Below, piece by piece: positions 36,001-49,600 of a DNA stretch of 64,000 bases. This DNA is from Tubiluchus corallicola (taxonomy: Eukaryota; Animalia; Priapulida): the NCBI GenBank assembly GCA_030141605.1, contig JAQGDQ010000011.1, forward strand, positions 1,298,066-1,362,065, read 5' to 3'. Under the pieces are notes generated by a model. It ran no database searches. It had not been told where the DNA came from and saw only the letters and a list, made by a program, of their open reading frames with translations. The stretch's first letter is position 1, and the number at the start of each line of letters is the position of its first letter. Both the position numbers and the translations under genes were made by a program.

Positions 36001-39000
36001 AAATTAAAAATTTTAATCTTCAATTGTTGCAGTCGATTTTTGAAGCCTGAACAATTGTTTTTCCGCTTATGTGGCTGAACAATCACGGCTTTTCCTGTAA
36101 AGTGAAAAATTGTTGAGAAACTTTTTGACTTTCAACTGTAGTTAGGATATGTCTGCTAAATTTTTCAACCTTTCTTTTACTTTAGTTTTGTGAGTCGATG
36201 ATGAAGCCACTACAAGTTGTTGCTGTTGCGATGGCTTCATTTAGCGATGGTTTTTTTAAGCACACTAATGGAAATATGATGCAGCGTGCTACAACTTCAT
36301 TTCTTAATAGTGGAAAATACCTCATGAATCCAGAGCTGAGATCACAACAGGTATAAGTTCATTTTCGATTTGTTTTCATCAAAAATTTTGCAGTTAAACA
36401 AAATATGATAAGTGTAAAACCAGCTCCTCTGCCAGCCCGGTGACAAAAGTTTTGACAAGTTGTTTTTTCTAGATCGTGAATGTGACGAAAAATGCAAGTA
36501 TTCACTTTTGCAAGACATTTTGGTCCATAACAGATACGGAATTGCTCATGGTAAGTCAACACTTCATTTTTCTGCGTACTTGAAAGGTCAAAAATAATCT
36601 CCTCGGTTCTGTATTCACTATTTGAAACGTCACCATTACTGTTACACTGCCCCCCTAATGATTTCTTTTATTATTGTTAAACAAGTTCTCCTCACTATAC
36701 ACAGGCTGTGACTGAGAAATACATTTTTAGTAAACATTTCTGCAAAGTCAAGTTATCCTAAATGACAGCTCCTAAAGGCTTTGACTGTAGCTCATGATAT
36801 AATTAGCATACTATTTGTGTTGTGTTGCATGACACAAGCAAACATTGTGAAACATACGACAAAATTTGATATGACAAAGAGTGTACTGTAAAAAACTCTT
36901 ATACCCACATTATTTGGAACAGAAAATGCTTGAATATAATTTTGTAGTTTAAGTGAGTTTAACTCATCTTCATCATTTCATATACATATATAGCTTTTCT
37001 ATGCCAACTGTTAATTTGTAAATTTGAATATGTAAAAATCTTCAATATGTATATTTCATAATAGCCTTTGTTTTATAGCATTTGCCTCACTTAGTATGCC
37101 CAGGTGTAGCAGTGAATAAAGTCATACCGATACCTCCAGTCAGCTTAGACATACCGAGAACAGACGGAGTCGGTACTGTCACCGTGAATCCTCCCTCCGC
37201 CCATTCGGGTCCAGGTCACGTTAACACTCGACTCATATCGTATGATTACAGGGAGGGTCAGGTGCGAGCTTTCACATAGCTATCATATTTATTTTAACAA
37301 AATTAATGTAAAAAGCTTTGTGTGTTTTGTTGCTAGAAGTTGCCTGTATATTAATTATCATTTCATAATATCATCGTGCCATCATCCTCACATCATCATT
37401 GACATCATTAATGTTTTTATCATGCATAGAAGCCAGCATACTATCGTCACCACGAAGATCTTTTTTGTGTACTACTTAGTACCTTGCGAATTGCAAATGG
37501 AATAAATATGTGAATATTGCCAGAATATGTGAATATAGAGGCTGAAATTAAGCAACACTGAACATGGTCAATGAATGAATGGGTGACTGCTGGGTTGATT
37601 AATTCTCATTTTGGGCAATTTAGTTTGCCATAATATCTGTGTACATTTAACTCACAGAATAAGAATGCCAGTCCAGATGAATCATAGAGAATTTTTTTTG
37701 ATAATGGACCAGGTGCCAGTTCTGCCACAAGGAGCAGATCCTGCCATCTAAGTGCTAGACCAAGTCTATAAAATTTTCGTAGATTGAATGCTTGATGTCT
37801 GTATTTAATATTTGATAGTGATGTACCAGAAACCCTTCATTAAGCACTCGTGTAAAAACATTTCATAATATCATTATTGTCCTAGACTGAAATTATTGAA
37901 ATTTTCACATGAATAAATATTGGTTGAATTAACCTTTTTTCTTATAGTCAGCACTCACGGAAGATGAGACATCCCCTTCAATTCCTCTCAGTCCCGCTGC
38001 GTGCCACCCCCCATCTCGTAATTTGATTTTGCATTGCCATGGGGGAGGATGGGTGGCACAATCGTCTAAATCACATGAGGTATTATAAATTATGACTTCT
38101 TTACTTTTGGAAGACTATTTATCAAAGGAAAGAGAGAGAAAGTGAGAACACAAACCAGAGATGAAGAGAGAGGGAGAACGTGAGAGAGAGAGTGGGAAAG
38201 AGAGAGAGGGGGGGGGGGCGAAATAAGGACAGAAAGAAGTTGGAAACTAATACATTTTCTTTCTGCCAAATAGCTTACAGCATAAAAAAGCGATTGTGAG
38301 TTGTAATTTATGTTGTAGTTTTTTAATTTCTAGGTATATCTACGGGATTGGTCAAAACAGCTAAAGGCTCCAATCTTATCTATAGATTACTCGCTAGCTC
38401 CGGAACATCCATTTCCACGGCAACTAGAAGAAGTATTCTTTGCATATTGCTGGGCGCTACAGAATTGTGCTAAACTGGGTGTGTGTATCTTCATAAAGGC
38501 AGCGTGGATATTTTTTAATTTTTCAGTAAGATACATTTTTATAGGTATTATACTTTTCGTTATAATTACATTTAAGCCAATGCTCTATTTCAGGATCAAC
38601 ATGTGAGCGAATTGTCGTCTGTGGCGACTCGGCAGGCGGAAATCTGGTCACCTGTTTAACAATGCGTGCAATAGCTAATGGCATCCGTTTGCCGGATGGC
38701 ATCTTAGCTGCCTACACGCCATTTCTTGTCCAATACGTTCCGTCCCCGTCAAGGCTATTGTGCATCATGGATCCTTTGTTACCACTAGGAATTCTCGCTC
38801 GCTTGCTTGTTGGTAAGTAATGATATCGATGATAAATTTCTGATGATAATAATCAATAAGACATAATCAGTAGCAGGCTTGCCAACCATTTGCTGTAATG
38901 AGTGTGAAAGCTAGAAAAGCCCTGTGATCATCTCGCCCTGACGGGAATCCAGCGGGTAAATTATGCCTGAAAAAAATTTTGGGTATCAAAATCAAATTGT

Positions 39001-42000
39001 CAAAAAATTAGTGCAAAAAAATAAAACATGCATTTTTTGGGTACTACTGGGCTTTCTTATGCTGTTATTGCAGTTCACTATAATTTATATATAAATAATT
39101 TTGTTGTTTTGTACTCATGAAAAAAGCTCAATGGCACCCAAAAGTCTTTAGTTTTTGATAATTATAATACTCTTTAATGTGATATACATCGTGATACTCA
39201 CGTATATTATTGATAGTAGTACTACTAATTGTGTTGTGGTTAGCACTGACGGCAAAGGGAGCCAGGTTATTTACAAACTTGCGCGTTGAGTTGTGAAATG
39301 CGTGAGAACTGAAATTTGACGCGTGTGCACGTGTGAAAGACCTAAAATGCATGTGATACCTGCCTAATGTGTGAGAGTTTGCTGTTCTGCAGTTAGGATA
39401 CTGTTTTAATCGGCAAGCAGAATGTGCTGATGATTCATTCATCGTGTTGTGACATGTTTGCTCACAGCATTAATGAACACACAACTTGAGATAGAATCTT
39501 TGCACCTGTGGACTTCAGCAGAACCTGCTGACACTTGCTGTGGTTAATGTTTATGTCTCTTCACAAGTTTGTTTGAACAACAAGTTTTTTAACCTGCAAC
39601 AGATGCATAACCTGGCGAGTTATCGGCTTATAATCGGCTTATCTATTACAAAAAGTTGTAATCTTTTTAAAAAGTGCCCGTTTAATATTTGGGTACCTGT
39701 GACAGCAGTGCAATCTCGGTGTTCATTTTTGCTGGTTTGCCACTTGGCTCACAGTTATCTAATCCAAAAAACAGATTTTTGTTACCGAATTCAAAAAGCT
39801 CGTTGTGCTTTTTGTGCACGAGATAATTTGGAGCAGTGTGGCTAATTTGGTCTGCAAATCACAGTGTAGTCATGACTGCTTGTACAATGCCAAGCAATTC
39901 CAGGCACGATGCTACATATCTTTCTAAGTGATATGGATATATGCTCGGCGACATGCTTGCTTTAGAGTTCAAATATTCATATGCAGCATAATTTAAATGC
40001 CCTAGCACTAACCGAACCCTAACCTTAATGCCAAAAAAATGCCCTAGCACTAATGCCAACCCTAACCCTAATCCTAATCTGCTTCATGAACTAATTTCAT
40101 GTGTGTGGGGAATTATAAACTAGCCACAGCATGTTGAGATCTCTTAACATTTCACTTGCAACATAATTTTTTTAATAACTTTGCCGCTTTCTTGTTGCCT
40201 GTAATAAACAAAATCGTTGTTAAATCCATTCTTTGATGATAAAGCAGGATATTTAATACATAAACTATTAAATTCAAAATTTGCCGTAAAATATTGCTTT
40301 TTAAGCCTCAGCTAGCCATAGAAACCAAAGGTGAGCGAAGTCGAAATTCACAGATTTCTTTGCAGTGGTCTGTAGATTGTTGCGAATTTTGAACAGACAA
40401 GGATTTAAGAATGTTATGGATTTACTAAAGCAGACTAAACGCAGTTGTTTTTGTCACGGATTTCGCAGACTCAGCAACAAAATCTTTACACTGTAATTGA
40501 GTACAACAGTATGCATAAATACATAGATCTGCAAAAATTGTGCGAACGATCATTTTTTCCATTTTCCCAAGTATAATTTTCCCTGTAAAATACAACACTT
40601 AGCATGTCTGTCGGTTTTGTTATGACATAATAAATGTTTTTAAATGTCTTCGTTTTTCCGCATTACTGCAGATTTTAAAATTCCCGTCTCTGGTTGCATG
40701 CGAACGTAGATTAAAGTGGCACGGTGCGGATCTGGTGTGTAGGTTAAATTATGTTTAAATTAATTAAATTAGATTATATTAAATTCCTCTCATCCTTGAT
40801 ACTTGATTGACTACTGCATTGACATAAAAAAAACTACTGCACTGGAAGCTTTGCTGTTTTTGCTATTTACCTCAGGGACCTCAAGAGCTCCGACAGTGTA
40901 TTAAATGTGACCAATTTAAGAGAGTGCATGATGGCGAAGTTACTTTCAAAAAGAAACTGCAGTTCAATCATGCTTTTTGCAATTTTGATGCAATAAGTAA
41001 AAACGTTTTGCATTTTGAGACATTTCTGCTGTGATGACGAGAGATTTAACGAAAGTTCGTAGTAGAACGAAAATAATAATGAAATTCTATTTCTTATTCT
41101 TGTCATTTTGCAGCATATTCTGGGTCCATGATTGATGATGATCCCCACAAAATTCCAGAACCGACAGAAGGCATAAAGAAGTCATCTTCCACTAGTAACC
41201 TTCGGCAAGATGTCATGTCTTTCTTAGGCAGCTTGAGCAGCCGGTGGTCGCCTTTATCGAGTAGCAAACCTTCACGACCAACTGTTGGCAAGTCACAGAG
41301 CTCCGTCAACTTTAATGAGTACATCAAGCGAAATACGAGCGTGTCGGCTATTTTAGAAGACGAGAAGGACGAGGAGTACACCATATACGACCATGCTGAG
41401 CTGTTGCAGAGGCGCAATAGTGCTACGTGCTTCGAAATGCCTGTGACGTCTCAGCATTCGGTTTCTGGTAAAAAAGCCTGTACAACTAAACCTAGTCATT
41501 CAGATGAAGCTGTCACGTTTGGTTTAGACGAAACGGATAACGAAAAAGATGTGATGCATGATGTTGTCGAAGAAAAATCTATTTCTACTGGTGAAAGTGA
41601 AAATGAAAAACAGGTCATTTCGGAGCCTGAGAAGATGCACTTCACGAGTGTGTCAGAAACTGGAGAAACTAGTGTCCAAAATTTGGTAAGAAAGTTCCTA
41701 AAGGAACACTTTTGGTTTCAGGCTGGTGGTAGAAATTTTTGATGTCTAGTTGATTTATGCAGTACTTGAAGAGTAAATTTCGGAAACTTTCGCGTTCTTT
41801 CTGACTGAAACAGTTCAAATGCTGGGATCGGTTGCTCATTTTCTATCGTCATTCTGAATGTTTGGTCGTATCCAATAGTGTGGGTATTTCTTCTAGTAAC
41901 GATCTTATTGTAGTCCGTGATTTACAATTTTTTGAATTAATATAATGTTCATTAATGCCTTCTGACTTCAAACTTTCTTACTTTGAGTGGCTTATTTGAA

Positions 42001-42485
42001 ATAAACAATTGTTAAAAAATTTTGGTGAACACTTTTTAATTTGTCTGTATAAAACAAACTTGTTTTTACCTCTTGCTTTTTTAAAATTACTAAATTACTT
42101 ATGATTTCACCTCAGAACTAATTTCTCGACTTTTTCTGACTGTTTATTTACTCTTTAGTTTTTTTTTGCCAACAGGAAAGGGAGGACAGAAGCGCAGAAC
42201 GTTCTGATTCAGATGACGAGTCGCCAGTGGATGTTCTACAGCGAATTCCTCTAGACAGGAATCCATACATGTCTCCCTTATTGGCCGAAGACAAGATACT
42301 GGCACACTTTCCACCAATGAATATCTTCGTAAGTTTGCTAACAATACAAGTTTCTCAAAAAAATGGTGCATAAGTTACCTGCTTTCATATCGCCTGTCTT
42401 AACAAAGTGGTAGTGCCAAACTTGATATATGAGCTGTCCCATCCCTGCCTCTTTCCCTTCTCTATTTCTCTCCCTCTCTCCCTCT

Positions 42486-42543
<58 letters not shown>

Positions 42544-43229
42544 TCTCTCTGTTTATATATTTTTCTCTGCTTTCCTTCTCTCTCTCCTCTTCTCTGTCTC
42601 TCCCCCTTTTCCTTCTCTATCTCCCTCTAACTCTCTGTCACCCTTGTCTTATTCCTTCTCTCATTCTAATCATTTAGTTTGCCGTAAGAAATTTATTATT
42701 TAACTGTTAAGCTATTAAAAGCATTTATGTCCGATTGGATCAAGCTTTATTGTGCCATTGTCGACGTCGTCTACTCAAAGAATTTTCTCATTGAAAAATT
42801 GATCATATCTCTGAGTGAATTTTTCCAAAAAAATGAATGCCTAGTGACCACGCTCCAAGCCATGATGATAAAAACAATATAAAAAACTCGACAGATCTGG
42901 CATGAACATGGAGATCTAGCGTGGGCATATATGTATACACGCACCTCCTTTTGCTCCAATATTAGTAGATGAGTACTTTTGCCCAGTGTTAACTAGGTGG
43001 TTTCCCCAAAATTTCCATGCTTTTCCTTTTTCAGGCACTTCACTTGGACCCTCTCCTGGATGATTCCGTCATGTTTGCCAAGAGGCTTCGCTCTCTCAAC
43101 AGAAGCGTTCGTCTGCATATTGTGGATCGTTTACCGCATGGCTTCCTTAACTTCTGCCCTGTCAGCAAAGACGCAAAGGCGGGAAGTGACAAGTGTGTCT
43201 CACTCATCCAAAACCTGCTGGAGGATTAA
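32482..43229 (+). CDS. LIPE: Hormone-sensitive lipase, 10 coding exons (about 796 aa)
   Basis: HSL N-domain ([24 protein letters not shown]), [35 protein letters not shown] nucleophile elbow, [17 protein letters not shown] and LPHGFLNF; all junctions GT-AG and in phase. Confidence 0.95.
33620..34285. repeat. Degenerate minisatellite, unit of about 38-41 bp
   Basis: Consensus approximately gaagtctgatctatcagaagtctggtctgtgactggtctact, more than a dozen copies in LIPE intron 1. Confidence 0.9.
36186..36350 (+). CDS. LIPE: LIPE coding exon 2
   Basis: [23 protein letters not shown]...[14 protein letters not shown]. Confidence 0.92.
36473..36550 (+). CDS. LIPE: LIPE coding exon 3
   Basis: [26 protein letters not shown]|gtaagt. 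Confidence 0.92.
37079..37261 (+). CDS. LIPE: LIPE coding exon 4
   Basis: [16 protein letters not shown]...[24 protein letters not shown]. Confidence 0.92.
37948..38079 (+). CDS. LIPE: LIPE coding exon 5 (HGGG oxyanion motif)
   Basis: [22 protein letters not shown]|gtatta. Confidence 0.93.
38130..38220. repeat. GA-rich simple repeat
   Basis: Direct reading. Confidence 0.8.
38334..38478 (+). CDS. LIPE: LIPE coding exon 6
   Basis: [42 protein letters not shown]. Confidence 0.94.
38594..38812 (+). CDS. LIPE: LIPE coding exon 7 (catalytic Ser, GDSAG)
   Basis: [14 protein letters not shown]...[17 protein letters not shown]. Confidence 0.94.
41114..41685 (+). CDS. LIPE: LIPE coding exon 8 (regulatory module)
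   Basis: ttttgcag|CA, Ser-rich ORF 41128..41742, donor TTG|gtaag in phase 0. Confidence 0.87.
42176..42328 (+). CDS. LIPE: LIPE coding exon 9
   Basis: [29 protein letters not shown]|gtaagt. Confidence 0.92.
42445..42965 (-). mobile_element. Repeat carrying a (CT/GA)n tract, Helitron-like non-autonomous candidate
   Basis: 42655-42965 aligns in reverse with 61483-61815 (ggagcaaaa...tggagc.tggtcactag.cattcattttt...atgattagaatgagagaagga); both copies run into a GA microsatellite. Confidence 0.7.
43035..43229 (+). CDS. LIPE: LIPE last coding exon (catalytic Asp and His)
   Basis: [18 protein letters not shown]...LPHGFLNF...NLLED then TAA. Confidence 0.94.
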   Translation, partial: ALHLDPLLDDSVMFAKRLRSLNRSVRLHIVDRLPHGFLNFCPVSKDAKAGSDKCVSLIQNLLED

Positions 43230-43818
43230 CGAAGCCAGTAATTAGGAAATTACAAAACCACATTGATTCTCAGGCACTGCCAGTATTAAATTTTTTACTG
43301 TTCAATGGCAATTTGATAATAAAAGGTAAAGACAAATCAGTACATGCTTAGTAACTGCTTTTATTTATTTTTTCTCCACTAGAAGGCACCTTTTGCTGTA
43401 AAAATTTGTAGCTATTTGTAGTGTCTTAGTGATTTATTAATCATTTAAATGCTTGTGATATTTGCAGTTAATGCAGGTGCTTTTCTAAAGTGTGTGTGGT
43501 GTGTTAATACAAAATTTGATAAAATGCACCGTTTATATTAATATTTAGACCTGATTAATTTACTCTGAAATGAAATGCTCCAACTTTGCACTGCCTGGGA
43601 ATCGACTTATTAAGCTAGTTTTTGATGACTTCCTGCTGTGATCACTGGGAATTTTATGTTGATTTTAACATTTTTTTATAAATCTTGTTAGTGCTTTTTT
43701 ATGCTTGACTTCTATTTTATTTAAGGTGCTGTTTAATGCAGGTATAGCACATATTGTTAGGGTCATAAAAGCTGGAGATTAGTAGCAAAGTATTATTTAT
43801 TTCGTTGTTAAAAGTTAA

Positions 43819-44356
43819 AGGAAAGACCAAGCCTTCTGGGAAGTTAGGCTTATTTCAATGTTTGCAAAAAATGTTAGAAGGATTTAGTAATAAAAGTGTG
43901 ATACATGCTTCATGTTATCAGTAATATCACTTTAAAGTCCCGATCATTTCACAATTGAGTGCTCCCATTTTGAATGCTCATTCTTCCACCAATGACATCA
44001 TTCATCAATTGAAGAAAAGCAGCGCACTGTCAATTTCCCTCAAAAATATGATAATTTTTACAAAAAAATTAGAAAGGTAATTTTGTGACATTTTTACTTG
44101 TATATTAGGTAAGGTGCAGAAGTTTGACTTATTTTAAGTAGCGCGCTTACTGAAAGCCACAATGCGCTAACAAAGGGTTACAAAGTCCACATATTACATC
44201 ATAATTATCAAGTGAATGTGGCCTGAAAATTTTAATACAGCAGTAGTATAAATTAACTTAGTATAACTTTTTTTGCAAATTCTTTTGTTATATTTTTCTA
44301 AGTTTAAGTGATAACAGTAAAAGAAACACAACATGCTAGATGACTTGTCCTTTCCT
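43819..44356. mobile_element. Kolobok-like MITE, family B
   Basis: ttaa|aggaaagaccaag ... cttgtcctttcct|ttaa. Confidence 0.8.
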
Positions 44357-44411
44357 TTAATGACCGTAAAAACATCATAGTCACGGATAATTAAATTGTC
44401 AACCATTAAAA

Positions 44412-45135
44412 CAGTGGTTCCCAAAGTAGGGGTAAATTACCCCCCCGGGGGTAATATGGTTTTTTTGGGGGGGGTAACGGGCACCCCTCTGAAAATTTTT
44501 AAAACTTCGCGCGGAATGCATTTTACGTAGTTTTCTTCTTGAAGAGACTGCCTCCGGCAGGCAACACTGTGTCATGGGGTCCATCATTCGCACGTTCCCA
44601 CGATCTCTGGTGCGATCCTGGGGAGAAGTCAAAGTTCACGATTGTTTCTTTGGTTTCTTCTCTATCGACATTTCTGCACAGCGTTTAGAGTTTAGAGAAA
44701 GCTAGGCCCCTTTTACTATCCCTCTATCTTTTTGATACTAAGGAAAAGTAAAATATTACTTGCCTAATTTGATTCTCTCGTTTCTTTTCCCAGAAAGGTG
44801 CTGTGTTGTTGCTGGACGTCGCGTTGCAGTGCTTTTCGATTTTGTTGTTGTCATTCATTTCTTCTTGTTTTCGTTTGTTCGAGTAACAATTACTCGAACG
44901 AACCTGCTCACTCAGTAATGAGCAGGTTCAGTAATTGTAATTCTTGTTTTGGCAACAATACAACAACAACACCTGGAAATTTATTTATGTCACGAGCAAA
45001 CAAATAATTTTGCTTGCTTGTGGCATATACGTGTGTTTACTTTTTGAGTTGGAGAAGTAGTACTAGGTGGGGGGTAATGGACACGACCGGGTTTCCCGAT
45101 TTGGGTAACGGTCCGAGAAAGTTTGGGAACCACTG
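44412..45135. mobile_element. hAT (Charlie-like) non-autonomous element
   Basis: Perfect 14-bp TIR cagtggttcccaaa, perfect 8-bp TSD cattaaaa, gggtaa subterminal repeats. Confidence 0.92.
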
Positions 45136-45570
45136 CATTAAAACGATCCAACAATTTTTTCTGGTTCACAGATTCTGTGAATGCTTAGCCAAACAGAAAA
45201 TTTTAACAACTGTCCAACAAATAATTACTTAATGCCTTGCAACTATTCATTTATTCATTGAGCAAGTCAGTATTGTTTCACTTGCTCATTTTAATAAAAG
45301 TTCAATAAATCATGAAATATTTGTTTATCTACAATCAAACCACTGCATTAGTTAAACACCTTATTTTTAATTAAGCAATTTCTTTTACTGGGTTATGATC
45401 ATTTTTTCAATTTCTGTAATTCCTTTTGAATGATTTTACGTATTACTGCGTGTGATTTTGCAAGCTTAATGATTTAATTAAATAAAATCAATTCCCAAAC
45501 AAAATTTTCAAACTCCTGCAAGCTTCCTAATACCGGGCTTCGCTTTGTCAGTGCTCAATTGCTAACTCGT

Positions 45571-45775
45571 TGACTGTAAATACTCTGTTTATGCTAACAG
45601 TCATTGAATATCATTTTTGAAATGCAACACCCCTGAAGAATATGATAGTTTGAGCTGTATCATTTAAGTACAGTGATTGTAAATACTCTTTTAATGCTAA
45701 CCATCATTGAGTATTGTTTTCTAAATGCTACATCACAGAAATATACGATAGTTTGAGCTATATCATTTAAGTACA
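45571..45775. repeat. 103-bp diverged tandem duplication
   Basis: tga.tgtaaatactct...gatagtttgagct.tatcatttaagtaca at 45571 and 45674. Confidence 0.85.
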
Positions 45776-45850
45776 TATCATATACCCATTATTTTGAGTA
45801 GTGCAGTAGTGCAAATACACCAGTAATAGTTAATAGGTGGCAATCATATA

Positions 45851-46609
45851 TAAGGTGGCGCAAAAAACATGCTGAAGTTTTGATTACGATATAAAAAAAC
45901 GAAATTGCTTGAAAATTACAACAACGATTGATGCGTACAATTAAGTATAAACATCAGAAATCTTAGACCATTCCCATAGATTTTTTTCAAAGGTACAAAT
46001 ATTTTAAATCAACAAGTCATGAAATGAATTCCGGAATGTATTTTGTATGTCACTATTGTTAAAATTTGGCAGCAAATGTGTCTGTTGTTTTCAATGTAAA
46101 CTAATCGAAGGTGTTTCTTCCAACAGCAGGCAATTTTTCACTTCTTAAAGAGGAATTTGATCCCAGCACTCAACAATCTTTGCTTTTAGTTCCTCTGCAT
46201 GAAATTGCTTGTATGCTGTCTTTAAGGAATTCCAAATACCGTAATCCAGAGGAGTAAATCCCACTTTTTTCTCCATAACGAATCTTTATCAGTACTTTAT
46301 TTTTTTGTGGTGAAGACCATAACCTAATCTGACTGATTTCTTTGTTTTGGTGGCGTGAATTAAGTTTTTTATATGCCAACATGCCTGTTTTTCAGTTGAT
46401 GATTAGCTGACATTGTTCTTGCATTTAATTTTTTTACATGCAAAAGTTTTTCAGCCATAACTTAAAGACGACTAAAACTAAAAACATGTAACTTTCACGG
46501 TCAAAATTTAATGTATTGATTCCACACTATGAAATTTCAACTTTGTAAGGTACTTGTTTCTAATATTATTGAAGACTAAACTTTGGCACGTTTTTTCTGC
46601 GCCGCCCGA
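45851..46609. mobile_element. Tc1/mariner-like MITE
   Basis: ta|taaggtggcgcaaaaaacatgctgaagttt vs aaactttggcacgttttttctgcgccgcccga|ta. Confidence 0.7.
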
Positions 46610-49600
46610 TATATGACGTGTGGCTCTTTCAACAAGGTATGAAAATTACCTTGCCACGTGTCATCCACACTGCCCATGTTCATTTTCATTTGTCATCTAT
46701 GCTATTGTCATATAGACATAATCATCGTATCACCAAATATGGTAACATCTGCATTTGAATGTTGTATAGATCATTTGTTTAAGTAGTGATGCTGTTAATG
46801 TTGAATTTTTTTATTTGTTTGAGTCATTAGATTATTATAATAATTATTCGCATGACGTAATTTATTTTCTATGTACTTAACCACATTGACTTATGTGCTC
46901 ATGTCGGCTGCTTGACATAATGACGAAAAGCATTGTTAGTTACTTTTCTGATGAACAAAGCAGAATCTGTGTGGCGCTGAATTTTTAGCACTTGACAGGA
47001 TAGCACTGTGAGTGATTTTATTGTGCAAGTGTTTTATTATACAGGTTCTCCTGTAAAAGTGTCAGCATTGTTCTGAATCAACTCAAACAGTGTGCATTTT
47101 CTAACTGTTTGTGATGGCTTACAGCATGAAAAACAGTTTGTAAATTATTGTACAGAAGTAAATTGTAAATGCAATATACCTGGGCAAGTGTGCACACTAC
47201 ATTGCCAATGACCAGATGCAATTAGTGCATTTCTGATGTTTAAAGTAGTGGTGGCAGCACTGCTGAAGTGAAGCAAAGCCGTGTGCTTTCATTATTTTGC
47301 CAAACCAATGGATAACTTCATTCTACAGTATTTATTGTAATTGTTATAACTTACAGTCTTACTGAGGAAAAATATTGAAGCATCCTCCAAACAGTTGGAG
47401 TAATTAATTGTAAATTGAAATTATTTGGTTCACATGATTACAGGCCCAAGGATTTATCGTGAATTGGGTAAATTATGTTATAAAAACTGAGATGGATAAC
47501 TAAACCTGAAGTAGCTGTGTGTGGCAAAGGCCTCAAGTTCATGCTCTGTTCACCCCATTAATTCCTTCAATCTTATTATGCATGAAAAGGCTTCTATACT
47601 CACTGCAGTATGTACAAGAAGGTACTGAATTGGTTCTTATAATAAGTTCAAATGCATTTATTGCATTGCGTGAAATGGAATTTGTTTTTCTCTAAATAAA
47701 ACGTGTGGACCATGGTTCACATTTTAGAAATGTTAAGTGGCGACAAGGCAAGTTGTGACATGCTCATGCTAGTAAAATACTCTAAACAGGACCACAAACA
47801 TTAATTTTACTTGTTCAAAAAATTACTATTTTGTTGTATTATTTTTTTGTAATAGAGCTAATTTTTTATAGCTGCCTATTTCGGTTCTAACTCCTAAGAA
47901 AACTACACATTATGAGATATTAGTATTTGGCGACCTAGTGTAGGTCCCTCGGTCAACTATAAATGTATGTAGTCATTTTTCACTGCTTTTATTATGCAAA
48001 TGTATCACATTTGTAACTGAAAAAAAGACACTTTATCTACGAACATTTTTTCATTAACTGCTGTTTTGACAATGTTTTCTCTTGCTTTTGTACACGAAGT
48101 CATTGGAATACTGCACACATACGTTAGTGAAAAGTCGTTTTTAACTCTGGAAATGTTGATTTGCACTGCCAAACCAGATCTGGACAAATGTATTTAATCA
48201 ATGTGAGTGTAAACAGTGTAGTCTGTCCCTTGCCAATTGTCATACAAATGTCAATTGCTAACAAAAAACAATGAAGGATGAAAACTCGTCATTTTTGTAG
48301 CTTTTGACGTCAATGTTTCTGATTCTATCTCAGTTAGCACGAACAGTAGACATAGTCCCTTATTGTAATTTGATCACAAAAAACGATCCATTCTCGCTCA
48401 ATCCTCTAGAGTGAAGAATACATAGATTTACTGCCTACCTACATAATGAATATACAAGTATGCACAGATTCCATGCCACAAAATAGGCTCATACTTTAGC
48501 GAATCTTATCAGTATAATTTCAACTGATCTCACCACATCGTGATGCATCCCAAGCACCCGACAAGATTTACATCAAAAAAAATTTTCACCAGTTTAGTCG
48601 AATTAACTTCACATGAAGTTTCAGTCAGCTGGGGGGTGCTTCGTGTCAATATAACAACATATCAGTCCTTCCAAGGCGACATTGTTACTGTGTATCCTGA
48701 GCGGTGGTCCTATTCTACTTTGCGTAACTTCTGTGAAAAAGAGCCAAAATTGGAAACGAATACATAATGCTGTAAGACTCCAGAGTCATTTGAAATCATC
48801 AGTATGTAACATGTTTATTACAAAAACACTAACATGGCTAGAACTGCAGTAATAATTCACAGGTAATAATAGCATGCTGAAAATCAGATATAATCTTATA
48901 CTGTATTTACAATGTTAAATTAAAAAACAACGCAATAGACATTTCGCAGACATTTAGGCCAGCACAGTTAAAGGTAATTTCCATTGTTGTGTAAAAATCA
49001 CCATTGTTTTAAAGCATGTCTCAAAAATCTGGAAGCACATTTTTATTAAAGCGAAAGTACATACTTTCTTCATGCACAGCAAAAAAAGTGGCTCTGAAAT
49101 TACTCTTAATCAAACGCTCCCACTCTGACAGCAAAAATAAATATGAAATTTTGTTGCCACCTGTGGCCTACATGAACATTATGATCCTTTTTTCTTGTGA
49201 TTTATGCAGAATAATGCGAACTCTTTTCATGGAAAAAACAAACTGTTAATGCCATAACTAACTATCAAAATGTATGCAAATCAAATTCAAGAATTACAGT
49301 CAGTACTTCTCCACACTAAAAACACGAGTAAATGATATTTCTAGTGCTTAAAAACAGATCATAACCATAACTGTGGTTTCAACACTTGAAAACAATTTGA
49401 AGAATGGTTTCTGCAAAAAAATTTTAATAGGAGCACCGTGTTAACACAAGCAAGTAAAAATTTCATTAGGAAATGCAAGTTTGCAAATTGCAATGCAGAA
49501 AATGCTGTCTTTTTGCTTTCAATAATGATACTATGGAACATATTTATGCAACACACCAGTTGCAATATTTAACCACAGTTCACAACTGACCTAAACTGTA

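Noticed and set aside
39995-40080. ccctaa telomere-like repeats
   Set aside because: Only a few degenerate units inside a small duplicated segment; typical of MITE interiors, not a telomere or fusion site.
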